A program made the translations under genes and the position numbers. From Perna viridis (Eukaryota), in NCBI GenBank assembly GCA_037379345.1, contig CM074511.1:2852001-2916000 (forward strand): a stretch of 64,000 nt of DNA, in the 5' to 3' direction. Positions within the stretch are counted from its first letter, which is position 1, and the number at the start of each line of letters is the position of its first letter. The notes under the pieces were generated by a model. That model had not been told where the DNA came from. It saw only the letters and a list, made by a program, of their open reading frames with translations, and made no database searches. Positions 22,792-35,200 of the stretch are shown here, piece by piece.

Positions 22792-25700
22792 CAGGCAGAA
22801 ACCTAACGCGACGAGAACAATAGAACTCGCGCTCTCGTTTAGTTGAGGCGGAAAAGTGAATCCTGTTGTTTATTGCCTTTTCTAATGACCTCAAAAGTTA
22901 CTTTTAGACAAAAAAAAGTTATTATTTTCAATTTAAGTTAGGAATACTCTTAGTAAACATTAAATATCAACAAAAAACAGTATCAAATAATACTAAAATA
23001 AAGCCTCGATCTTTAATTGAAATGATTTTGAGTGGGGGTACTTTTAATCAAAACTGGATCACCCTTTGTGTTTCATCACAAAAAAAAAATCAGGAAAAAA
23101 ATACACAAGTCTGTCAAATGTGTACTACCATCATGCCAAATTTGGGATTTTTTCTAGCTGTAATTATTATAAAGGAAAAATTTTGAGTGAGTCGGGACAT
23201 CGAAGGCTTGCTGATGTACACATGGCATACATTTATTTAAATTTACCTGTATAATTCCGTCAATAAACCTGTCAACAATTAAGTTCAAGGTTACATGTAC
23301 GTGTATGTCGGAAAAGTGCATGGTTTATACCAAAAGTGATTTTTACAATTATACATCTATCAGTGATATTTAATCAAATATTATTTTAGTACACTTTTCA
23401 CTCTATTTACTAAGAGTTGTATTCGCGAAAAATCTGAAAATTTGATTTTAAGGTGTCTGTGTTAGTGCTGAGTGACATAATTTTGGTTGGTCAGTAGACT
23501 ACGCGACATCCCTACAAAACCCCGAAATCAATACAAACCTTTCTTTACCCTGTTATAAAATGTTATTAAGATCAACCTAATCTGGTGTTTGAATCTTTCC
23601 GTAAGGCTGAAAGCATGCATCTCACACCTCTTTTTCATCAAAATTATTGAATCTAATCTATGTACATGTATAAATACTATAATACCCACAATGAAAATTT
23701 CTGTAAGTTTCAAATAGGCTTCTGGAACAGGGTTATGTTGCTACAAGATTGAAGTCATCACTACAGAAGTTCTATGGTCGTCATCATGAACTCGTGGATC
23801 GTTATGGTGTATCCATCTGCACCATGAAAACTGCTTTATTCAGTGGGTCATAGTTTTCCTTTCCTCGTTTGTCTACCCCGGACTGACTTTTTATAAGCAA
23901 CTCGGTGGGTGTTTCTAGAAAAGCAGAGGACGCTTACCCTACCAGTGCACCTGGTCCATGCTCCCAGTTTTTAGTGGAGTCCGAGTTGCTCATTTGCTTT
24001 TGTTACTTTGTATGTATGATTTTAGTTACTATTATTTTCTTTGTTGTGTATGTCTGCTTTCCATGTCTGGTCTTTGTCCCTGGATTACATTCTTTAGATT
24101 ACCACTATAACCTTGGTTCCCTTGATTACTCTTTCATCCTTATTCCAAGTATGATGCAACCTAATATTAACCAATTCTAATTCAACAAGGAATGTAAAGC
24201 TTCCCGGGTTGCAGTTTGATACGACCGTAAAGGTAGAACCCTCAACAATTTAAGCAAGTATTAACACAACATTGAAGTTTGATACAACTCTGAAACAGAT
24301 CATAGCGGGAATCATAGTAGTAACAGTGTGAAAAATAAATATTGAATTTATTTCGTTTCTTTAAACATTTTTTGTTCTATACAGTTCTTGAATTCTTCAC
24401 ATATTTGATAAATATGTTCCTTCTATTGCTGTTCATCTAGGTATCAACATCCCATCTGACATAAGCTGTTCGATGACACTTATCTGTAAAATAACAACTA
24501 CATTATATAGTAATACTGACTGTATTAATAACAATAGTATACACATGTATAATTAGTTAAAGTAGGTAACAGTTACTATAAATATATATGTGTATATCAT
24601 GAATACGTACATGTACAAGTATAGCTACATATAAATGCTACCAAGATAATAGATAGGAAAATCTCTATTACGGAAGACATAGAAAACATAAAATAAATAT
24701 AATATAAAGGAAATAGAGAAATTTACTACATGTAAGTCTGAATACTTGTCAGTTGTTGCAGCGTACATGTACTATGTTTAATATTTAAGAAGTACTAGGG
24801 AACTAGAAATAATCATTTTCAATTACCCATCATATTTGTTAAATGATGAATGAATTATAAGTACGCGTCGCATGCACTTGTTTCTATCACTATCCACACG
24901 TATATATTTGTACATGTACCCAGGGAAAAAATCTTCACAGGGTATATGTGGATAATACATCCAAATCATTGATGGAAAGAAATGCCTGTGCTATATGTAT
25001 GTTGATGCAGTTTTAAAAAAAAATGCTAGTTCAAAATTAACTTCTAAATAATATATTTAGTTTACTAATAAAGACACCGACCATTTTTATCTTGCGGGAG
25101 AGGGGTGTATACTTGGATTTGATGTCAGATTATAATTTTTTTTCAATGAATGGATGAGTTAAAAACCACAGAACTTGAAACTCGTTTTTTTTTTCAAAAA
25201 GACCATACGATCTGGCCCTTCTTCACTTATAAACGTGGTGCCTATAACAAAACCTTGTGACGAATTTTAACTAGCTTTCTGATTGTCATGTGCTCGGAAT
25301 ATAACATATATATAGCGTCTTAGCATGAAATTTGCATGGAACCTATTCCAAAAAATGGCAAAATCATAACTTGTCATCTTGTGAGCAAGTAAGAATCCTT
25401 CATTAGCTATTATCATATTCTACTCTAATCTTGAATGATTTTAAGATACGATTGACTTACGATGATTGAAATCAAGAATTAAGTTATAGGACTGTACATG
25501 TACGTTCTACATTACAACGTTTGATCCTTTTTGTTTACTTAATAATGTACGTGTGTTGTGTCTTCAAGTAAAATTTTAAGTTTGAGGGGATCGCTTCTAT
25601 ATGCGACTTCGGAGGAAAATAATTTTTACTTTTTAGGAAACTAGAAACACATACCATAAAATTAAAATGCGTTATCCAATTTTAAACCACGAAATATCAT

Positions 25701-25997
25701 CAGGGCACCACAGTTTACCACCAATATAAGAACTTTTCACAACTTTTCCATCCAAAGAAATCATCGTTTTACAAATCTGTCAAGCAAACGGCACGATCTA
25801 CATTTGTCGTTTCCTGTTCATCATACATGTAGAAAGCACTTTTCACCAGTCATATATTATCAACAAGTCAATGTCGTTCATATTCGATCACGTTCCGTAT
25901 CAGAACTAATAACGGCCTATCGCAGCAATTTTCTATCACGACAGACGAAAATCGCGATGAAATGGGAGATAATTTAACTCGGGTAGGTTTCTGCCTG
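22792..25997. mobile_element. Putative non-autonomous TIR DNA transposon (~3.2 kb) upstream of the giant coding exon
   Basis: There is a perfect 18-bp inverted repeat: atatcaggcagaaaccta (22788-22805) and taggtttctgcctgatat (25984-26001). It can be read as 14-bp TIRs with an ATAT TSD. No transposase ORF is visible. Confidence 0.55.
23711..24132 (+). mobile_element. Penelope-like retroelement 3' fragment (end of RT ORF plus 3' UTR)
   Basis: It encodes NRLLEQGYVATRLKSSLQKFYGRHHELVDRYGVSICTMK, followed by the UTR gcagaggacgcttaccctacc...cttggttcccttgattactct that is shared with five other copies in this window. Confidence 0.8.
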
Positions 25998-28900
25998 ATA
26001 TAGCACTGAAATATGACACATTTAATTAAGCATTAATGTTTTTTTTTTTTCTTGTTTATTTTATGATTTTATCTGGTATTTTTAGATACTAGTAGTTTGT
26101 GTAGAGTTTCATTTATTCCAGAAATAACAGTGGGAATTGACGATTGATAAGTACATTAGTGAAACCAAGCAGGGAAACTGCTATTGAAAAAAACAAATTA
26201 CAAATGTTGGTTAATAAAGTAAGATTTTACGTATAAATTAGAAACAAAATAAATAAATAAAACAAATAATTAAACTGTGAGTGGCTTACTAAATTGGTCT
26301 TGCTACAATAATAGTGAACTGAAATGCTAACAATTAAAATGATTAATCTTCTGATAATTTCTAAAACGGATGCTTAATGCATGTCCATACGTCATTCGCT
26401 GTACGTACTTCTTACTAATGTTCCTTTGCTGTCAAATTTGGTACATAAAATTATTTCCATTTCGCCTTAGTAAGATTTGGAGGCGAAATGGGAACGGAAC
26501 AGGAGTCGATAGAGATAAACGTTGACAGTTAGGCGATAGCTCCATGATAGAGACAAACGAATACGAATATATTGGTATTTACGTTTCCCGATTCTTGAAA
26601 CAGTACTACTATATCACCGCTTATATTAAAGATAGTATAGAAAACAAGTTTAATTATAAGAAGCGTATTCTTGGTGAACATGGAAACTTCAACCGTGTTG
26701 AATTTGACAATGCATTATGGGGTAGCGTGCTTAGACCGATCATTGCTCACGGATACGGCACATGGATGTCTTTCTGACACTTTCTCCCAAGCAAAACAAG
26801 AGGTTTTGAGTAGTATACAATACCGAGCGGAGAAGATTATTTTTAAACTAAAGTAAAGTTGTATTTTACCATGTGTTGATAATGAACATTTGAATGTGAA
26901 TTTTACCTCACTCTGTTCATGTTCATTTTCTGGTTCTTGACTATGACTCTTTTATTAGTGATGCAACCGGGCCTTACTTTGATGTGTTGGGGAGTGACTT
27001 ATTGAACAGTCTTTTCAAGAAGCGATTATCTCTTTTATCGGTCACCAATGGGTAATGAACTTTTTCCGACGCAGTCGGTATAGTTTTGCTTTTTACCCTT
27101 TTGACCTTAAAGATGCTTTGCCATGGAAACGCAATTCACCTGATCACAATTCTGTTTACCGATTGGCTAAATACTGATGTTTAGTGGCGTTTGAAAAAAA
27201 ACTGTATCGAAGATTGAAAATGCGTGCCCTGTGTTATTTTCTGAATGAAATGTAGAACAAATTTTACTGCGTCGGCTATCCGTATGCATGTATGTACGAT
27301 CATTCGCTAATCAAAATTGTATCGACAGCCTCATAAATCTACTTTTAATAATATTTTTCATGTTTTTAACGTAAATTGATGCAGTAATTTTTAGGCCTCA
27401 AATCAACAATATCCATCATTTTTTTTTAAATTAATCCTAGAGGAAACAAATGTGGGACAGATAGTGTTATGCGGGATACTCCAGAAAATCCAGTACATAA
27501 ATAGAATGCATTGATTGATGAAAAGATCTTGAGCAAACATGATAAATATTAAACTGTGATTTCAAATGTAATACATTTCTTTATTCGATTAAAAAGAATA
27601 TAAGACTAGATTGCAATGAATATCAGACTCTTCATATTATGCCATTATAAACCAAGGCATAAAAAATCTTTTGTTTTAATTGAAGTCGGAAATGGAATAA
27701 CGTCTCAAAAAAGCATATTCTATCACTTTTGGTGTTAATTTCTCACATAGACAATCTGATAATATAGAGTAATTTAGTAGCGGATACTCACGTGTTCAGT
27801 TAGATAGTAATGACACTACATACAAGAACGTCACGGTATCCCATAATATCTTGAAATATTGATTTTAAGGGAACATCTGAAAACGAGAAAAACACAAGAA
27901 ATAAACCTTAAAGGTTTTAAACTGAAATTACTTTGCTTTGTGTTCCACATACAGATTGTAACAAGAAACACTAATTTAATATAACGAAACATTTATTGTC
28001 AGTACAGCTGTGTCCGGATTCATGGATATTTTCCTCAAATTCGTCCTCAACTCAAATTTTGACCAGTCAAATCTCTTGAAATAAAGAAGGTTGGAGGAAA
28101 AAACCCATGATTTGAAACCCAGGCCATGTGTAAACCTTATGGTTCAAGATGACGTCCAATCATTTTTTTGTTAAGATGCGAACCAAGGTTTACAGACTGT
28201 TAAAGCACCAATTATCAAAACTTTATTGAACTTAAACGTATTAAAGTAATGATAAATGATAAGTAAATCTCGCCATAAGTGTTATATGTTAGAGGTGTGG
28301 TTATTTTGCGTTAGATTTTCGAACGATAGAACATATATTCCTTTTGTTTAACCCACTAAAATCAGTAACAAAAATAGATTAAATGAATCTAAGTAGTTGT
28401 AAAACAGCCTTTGCAGTGTCTAAAATTTACAGTAAAACATGATATAGTCCTTGCATTTTCTATCAGTGTACAAATACATATTGTGCTATTTTCCTTACCT
28501 CTATCTTGCTGAGAGAGTTTCTATAAAGTAGATAACCAGAGTTTGTGGAGAAACTAAGGGTTTTGTTGTTAGTTACAATAGGTACAGTACACTAAGTAAA
28601 CACTAGGAACGACGAACCAGCTTTACCATGGGAATGGCGTGACCGTCTACTCAATAATTAGCTAGATTTTTTTCATCCTACACCTACATTGCTGTCAATG
28701 CAGATTAAAATCAAAGTTTTTATTTGTACTCAGCTGTTAATTTCATTTATTGCAATGAATTCTGTATTAAACTGTCCTAGCATTGCAATTTATAATACGT
28801 CTGCTAATGATTCCAAACTGTCCTGTTTTTTGACATTCCTTAGATAAAAATCGCAAATAAATGATTTGTGAGTTCAAGTAGTAGTAAAGTAGCCTTTGCA

Positions 28901-29207
28901 GTGTCTAAAGTTTACAGTAAAACTGTTGATAGAATAACTAAGAGTCCAGGGGTCAAAGATTCGTCAGCCTAATTTAAAGCATGTACAATTTTTGAAGAGA
29001 AAAACACGAGTTTATACCCTTTATAAAATCTGTTGGATTTATCGAACTACAAAGTATCACCTTGAATTATTTGAGAACAAAGCCAACACAGCTTCAACGA
29101 AGAACACACATTTACTAAAACAAATAAATAAGGTAATGAACAAGCTCAAGTTACCAAAATAGTAGCATGGGCCATGCATTCAACTAGTAAATAGAATATA
29201 ATAGCTG

Positions 29208-29213
29208 TTTATT
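29208..29213 (-). terminator. Candidate AATAAA polyadenylation signal of the GH10 gene
   Basis: AATAAA lies on the minus strand ~45 nt after the stop codon. The hexamer is common in AT-rich DNA. Confidence 0.4.
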
Positions 29214-29257
29214 GTAGGCTTGATGGTACTGCAATTGTGTGAATAGAAGTCATCGCT

Positions 29258-32200
29258 CTAAATATTCACAGTAACAGTCTTGCTTCCATGTGTAAAGCTG
29301 ACGTTTTCTGTGTGAATTATCCTGCCATATTGTTTAAATATCAGTTGGTATTCTCCATAGAAAGCTTTACCACTAACTGATTTTTGTCCATTAAACTGGT
29401 GGGATTCGTTAGTTCTAAATCTGCTGTGAAATAGTTCAATCCATTTTTGCCCCGCTGCGTTGGGCTGTGGAAGACACAAATAGAGCATGTAACAGCCAGG
29501 GACATACTGTGGTTCAAACAATCTGAATATAATTAACTAATACCTACAAATATCGGCTTTGTATGAGCATATTTACTGAGCATAATTGCAAAATATTTTA
29601 GTTCGTAAACTGAGTAATAACAAATTTAGATATACATCGTAATTCGATTTTTAAGCAGTAACGTGTACCATAAATGATATTCTCTGTAACTGATACCCAC
29701 TGGAATGCATGTCTATAATAAGCATGATTAGTAAACATTTATTTATCATGTTTATACATGTATTAAGCCAAGTTTATTTATATAGCCTCACTATACTTAC
29801 GGTTACACCACTTCCTGTTGCCAGAGCTAGGTCTCGGTCGTAGATAGCACCGTCCCAGAATCCCCATAATAGTACGCCTTCTACGTGAGGATGGCTGAAG
29901 AACAAAGTCATTAGATTGTCTAAGGCTGCTGCTTTCTTCGTTGGATCGGTTTCCTTTATAGTTAACTCTGTGATCCATATTGGTAACCCAGACTCAGCAA
30001 GTTTGTCTAATCTGTACTATAAACAAGAAATCATGTTTGTAAAAAAGCTACATCATTACACTTCTTTCATTTTTAATATCAACAATACAAAGAAACATCT
30101 GAAATAAATTTGAGGGAATATATCATCATCCGATATTCTATCCAAAAATTCCGATCACAATACTACGTGTATATAAACTGTACCTTAACAACATCCATAC
30201 TCAAATGACTGTTACCAAAATGTCCCTGTGCTCCCAGTCCATATATAGGTACACCCTTTGATTTGTAGTGCTTCCCGAGTGTCTTTAAAGCCTGAAAAAT
30301 CATTGGTTAGACAGCACAATAAATACCATGGAGGGCTGGAAAAGTAATGGGAAATAGTCCATACAATGTATGTTTTATAACACTTCTATACTATAAAAGA
30401 ATATTAGAGAAATGTCAAGGATTCCGCCATAATTAATGTTTTAAATTATTGGAAAGTTAAATGAACAAAGTACAAATACCTATCTGATATACGTTCTACT
30501 GAAAACATGGGTTATAAGCTGCTTAACTAGAACTTAATATCTTATATAGTTATCTCATCAAATTTGCAATGTCTGTTCTTTTTTTTTTATTATTTTGTTT
30601 GTTTTTAATTTATTTATTTTTTTCATTTTCTCACTCGAAACACTATAATGTTTGACATACTGTTGGACACAATGTAGTTTTGTCATAATCTGTAAAATGT
30701 TACATACTGTTGGACACATTGTATTTTGTCAGGACTGTGTAAGCTGTTACTTACCGTAGTTGTTTGGTGGTAATTTATTACATTGTATTCGTTGAGGAAC
30801 AATTTAACATTAGGTTCAATATTGTGTATCCATTTAAACATATCTTCAGAAACGTGAGGGTTATGAACCAAGTCTTCAAATGGGTGGGCGTGGAGGTTTT
30901 CATTGTTTACATCCCAGTGTTCTAACCTATAAATCAAGGGGAAGCATGGTTACAACGATACATTAGAAAGTAAAATAATAACAGAGACGAAGACAACCGA
31001 CTGCATAGAAAAACAAAAAACAAAAAAATTAAAACTTGAAGTAAATTATCAGCATGGTCGAAATATGCCTCTCCGTGATCCCCTTTGGCCCAAGCTCCGT
31101 CCTCTTATGTAAAAGGTCTGCTAGAGATTCAGTCAAAACTGGAAAGCAAGTAGCGGCACTGCTTGTTCCCAATGGATGCGGATAATTTGTCGTAAAATAT
31201 CTACCGCATGGACTAAAGATATTGACGGTTAAAAAAATACAATACATGGACAAAGCATATATTGATAAGTAGTGTTAAGAACCAATAATACAACAGATAA
31301 AAAGTGGAAGGCATTCAACTTAGGTTCATACACAGAAAAAATTGCAACATATGTTTTCATATGTTTTAAAACATATGGAAACGTATGTTTAGGACCAGTG
31401 CAATAAAATATAATGTTTTTGTGCTTTTTAAAATGCATGAAATCATGTTTTAAAAATCCTACTGAACACATATAAATACAATATTATAACTCCTTAGTAA
31501 AAAAAAACATATGTTTTCATGGTGGTCCTAAACATATGAAAAAAAATGTGATTAACATGTGTTTTTCAGGTGCTTTCAAAACATGAAAAACATTTCTCAC
31601 AATTTTTCCTGTGTATAGTTTTGGTTTCCGCTGAGTTACGCAATATGATCTAGATATTATGCCAGAATGACTAATTTTCTTATTTTAAGAGAGAGCATGG
31701 CATTATATTTGGTGAAATAGTTCTACAGTGTGACTCCAATAGAGTAAGATGTCTAGGCATAATGACTAACGTTCCTATATGATATCATGGCAGGTAAACT
31801 TCACATTACAATTTGTACTTACGTTCCCATTGAATGTGATATCATATCATTTACTCTTTTATGCATAACTTGTAAGGCATCGTTCTGTGACATTCCCTTT
31901 ATCCAGTCAGGAACACGTTTAGGATCATCCCAGAACATATTATGACCACGCACTTTAAATCTGAAAAGCGATAGTGATTTCAATTGGGACATTTTTTTTC
32001 TTACAATGTGGCGAATAGATTATTAAAATGCCTCTATTTAATTATTAATAGTGCATATATCGAAAATGGACGAGTCATGAAGTAAATCGTTGGTTTCGCT
32101 CATTTTCAAAACCCTTGACACATAGATATATACATATTAATACAGAGTAAGCAGTGTGTCGTCAGTCATGTATGAACTTTAAACATTTTCGGTATAAACG

Positions 32201-35200
32201 ATTTCGACTTTAAAAAATGTCAAATTTGCATAAAGATCTAGAGAAGGAAGACAAATAGGTTACATTAAGTTCATCGGATTACTTAAGAAAAAGTTGAGAT
32301 TGTGTGCACGCTATTATTAAATTAATATGAATTATACCCCTTTGCCTTTAATGTCTTTACTGCATCCATAGCGGTATTGTAGTTGATGTGTCCCTGAAAA
32401 TATAAAACACAGCTGTTCCATTTTAAGCACCATTCTGTGTGAGAATCAGGCAATGTCTGGCACACAAATTTTTCTAAAATTGGTCTTTTTTTGCTTCAAA
32501 AATATTCAATACATATAGTAAACAACCGAAGAGCTGTTTAAATTTATCCTTTAGATTTTTTCAAAAAAGACATATCTAAATACAGAAAGGAATATTGTCA
32601 CTTAAAAATATAGCATATGTACACCAAAACAGCATCGTGGGATCCATGGGTTTTTTTCTACACCATGAATCACCTTACCATAGGGAATGCCTAAATCTCA
32701 TATGGACCAGTACTTAACATTTTACACAACATGGAGCAGTTAAATGAAAAAGTAAAACCAAACAGAATGTGTTCAATTATATAAGACATCTTAGAATCAA
32801 TACAAATGTATCTCCATTTTAACTACCATAAAAGTCATCCTACTTAATATAGGATATTGTGATATTCTACCCTTGTCCATTCCATTTGTTTCCATTTCAT
32901 GGCGTTTTCAGGAACTGCCCATTCAAAGTTGTCAAACAAGAATTTCTGGTAGGCTGCATGATTACTGTCAGTTACATATCTAGCATTAAATGTTGTCCCT
33001 AAAGCAAACTGACTCTTTTTCTGATGAACCTGTCATGCAACAAGAAAAAAAAACACTTACATATTAATTTACAACTTCATTGTTCTTTGATTGATGATTG
33101 ATTGATGATTTATTGATTGATTGATTGATTGATTGGTTGACTGATTGATTTGCAGATACTTTATGAAATTTAACTTACTAGACTGGAAGGCTTCACTAAC
33201 AGACGCTACAACTGACAGGAAGACATGTACTATTCTAATAGGATCAAACCAACCAAATGTTGTTTCAACCAAATGCAAAGCTTATGACTAGTTATTCTAG
33301 GCTATGATAACACTCATCCGCAAGACCAATGAGTACTTAACTTTCAATATAGAATCGTATACTAAAACTTTAATGTACATATAGCTACTAAATGTAGTCT
33401 AAATTGTAATTCGTACACTTGAGCAAAATAGTTGTATATGAATCACGATATTAGCCATACGAAAATGAGTCAAAATGCAATTATCATTGACTTCTTTAAA
33501 ACAGGCGTGCAAAGCAAACAAACGACTGGACTACACTGACAATAAAATTCAACAATAAATACACAAAACAATCATAAGGGATTTTCAAATGGGAGATATC
33601 TGTTTGCGTCAGTTTTGCGTCTTTTTGCTCAACAACGTATTTGCGCTAGTGTGTCATTTGCGCCACCCATTTTTACAAAAACGCAAATTCATATACGCAA
33701 ATAACTATTGTATTCGATTGCACCATTTGTATAATAAAGTATGGTAAAATATCGAAAATATTTAAGAAAAATTAGTATGACTCCCCTTCTCTATCCGGGC
33801 TGGAAACAGGTAGTACATACAATAGTGGAGCGTTTGTTTGTTTGTTAGTTGGGGTTTAACGTCCGAGCAGCAATATTTCAGCTATATTCAGACGGTGAAC
33901 ATGAAATTGATGAAAAATGAACATGAAATGATGATGAAATGAAAAAGGGATGGGACACAAGGACAATGGGGTCGACAAAATTTGATTGCCACTGGAAATA
34001 GGGAGAGGTGGGTAGGGTCAGGCAATTTAGCCTCCTGTGGCGGAGCCCTATGGTTCCTACTCCGGGAGAATACCACAGTAGGGATCTTTAACGTGCGAGG
34101 AACGTGGCATCTTTCCCAACACGGTGCACCACCATGGTTTGCGGTCAGGTTTTCCTTATTATAGCCTGACAACCCCAGCATGTAACACGCCAGGGGGTAC
34201 CCCATTCCACCACCTGGGGCACACATCCCAGTTGCTCTGTGGGCAGAGCGCCCTAACCCCCGGCTAGGGTTCTGAGCACTATTTAGTCGCCTTTTACGAC
34301 AAGCTTAGCGCTGCTGCAGGCCTATTCTTTTAACACCCGGACCTGCACGGGGCAATAGTGGAGCGAGTCATATTTTTGATAATATGATATCTTTAAAATG
34401 AGCTGCAGGTAAATTTTCAAATAATTTTTATATTTTACTTCATAAAAAGTCTATACAAATAAAAAGTAAAACTGTACATACTGACAAACTAAAAAAAAAA
34501 CAGTCAAACACATGATTTTTTCAAATAAATGGATGGAACTTTTAACTCATTACAAACATGTTTGATCGGCGACTTATTTCGCCATTCTCTAACTAATTTT
34601 TGGAGTTTCCTGAATGCAATGCTCAGTGTTCTATCACAGAAAATCATATTGTTACTAATTCTAATATGGCGTGCTTCAAAGCTCTTCAGCCATGGTAAAA
34701 AAGTGATAAACACATAACCAAAATTTTTGCAACACATAGGCTGCGTCTATTAAAAGATATGAAGAGACTCGAAATAAATCATGGGAACTCCATTTTATCC
34801 TTGTTTTACCAGGAGCTGGCCATTTATGTCGTTATTTAACTCCTTTTTAGCGCTCGGGGTAAAACATTGCGACATAAATGACCCACTCGTGGTAAAACAA
34901 TGATAAAATGGAGTTTCCGTGATTCAATTTTTATATATACACCAACGAACAACAAACCAGTCTTTAACATACATCACTTAATAACTAAATGAACAAAATA
35001 TCTTAAAAATTGGAAATTTTCCTTCGTATATCTTAAGGTAGACACATTACCTGAACCGTTAATCCATTTGTATTATGACTTCCAGAAAGACTGAAAAACA
35101 CATACATGAATGTAAATTCAAATGAAACATAAATATAAAATGTCATTTTTATTAGCAGAGGTAACACGTGTTCAATTTTAAATTTCTATTTTACTGAAGT

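Noticed and set aside
26400-27100. Short plus-strand ORFs (26544-26777, 26671-26856) that look like decayed coding sequence
   Set aside because: I recognise no motif with confidence, and stops and frameshifts are frequent. A translated search would be needed.
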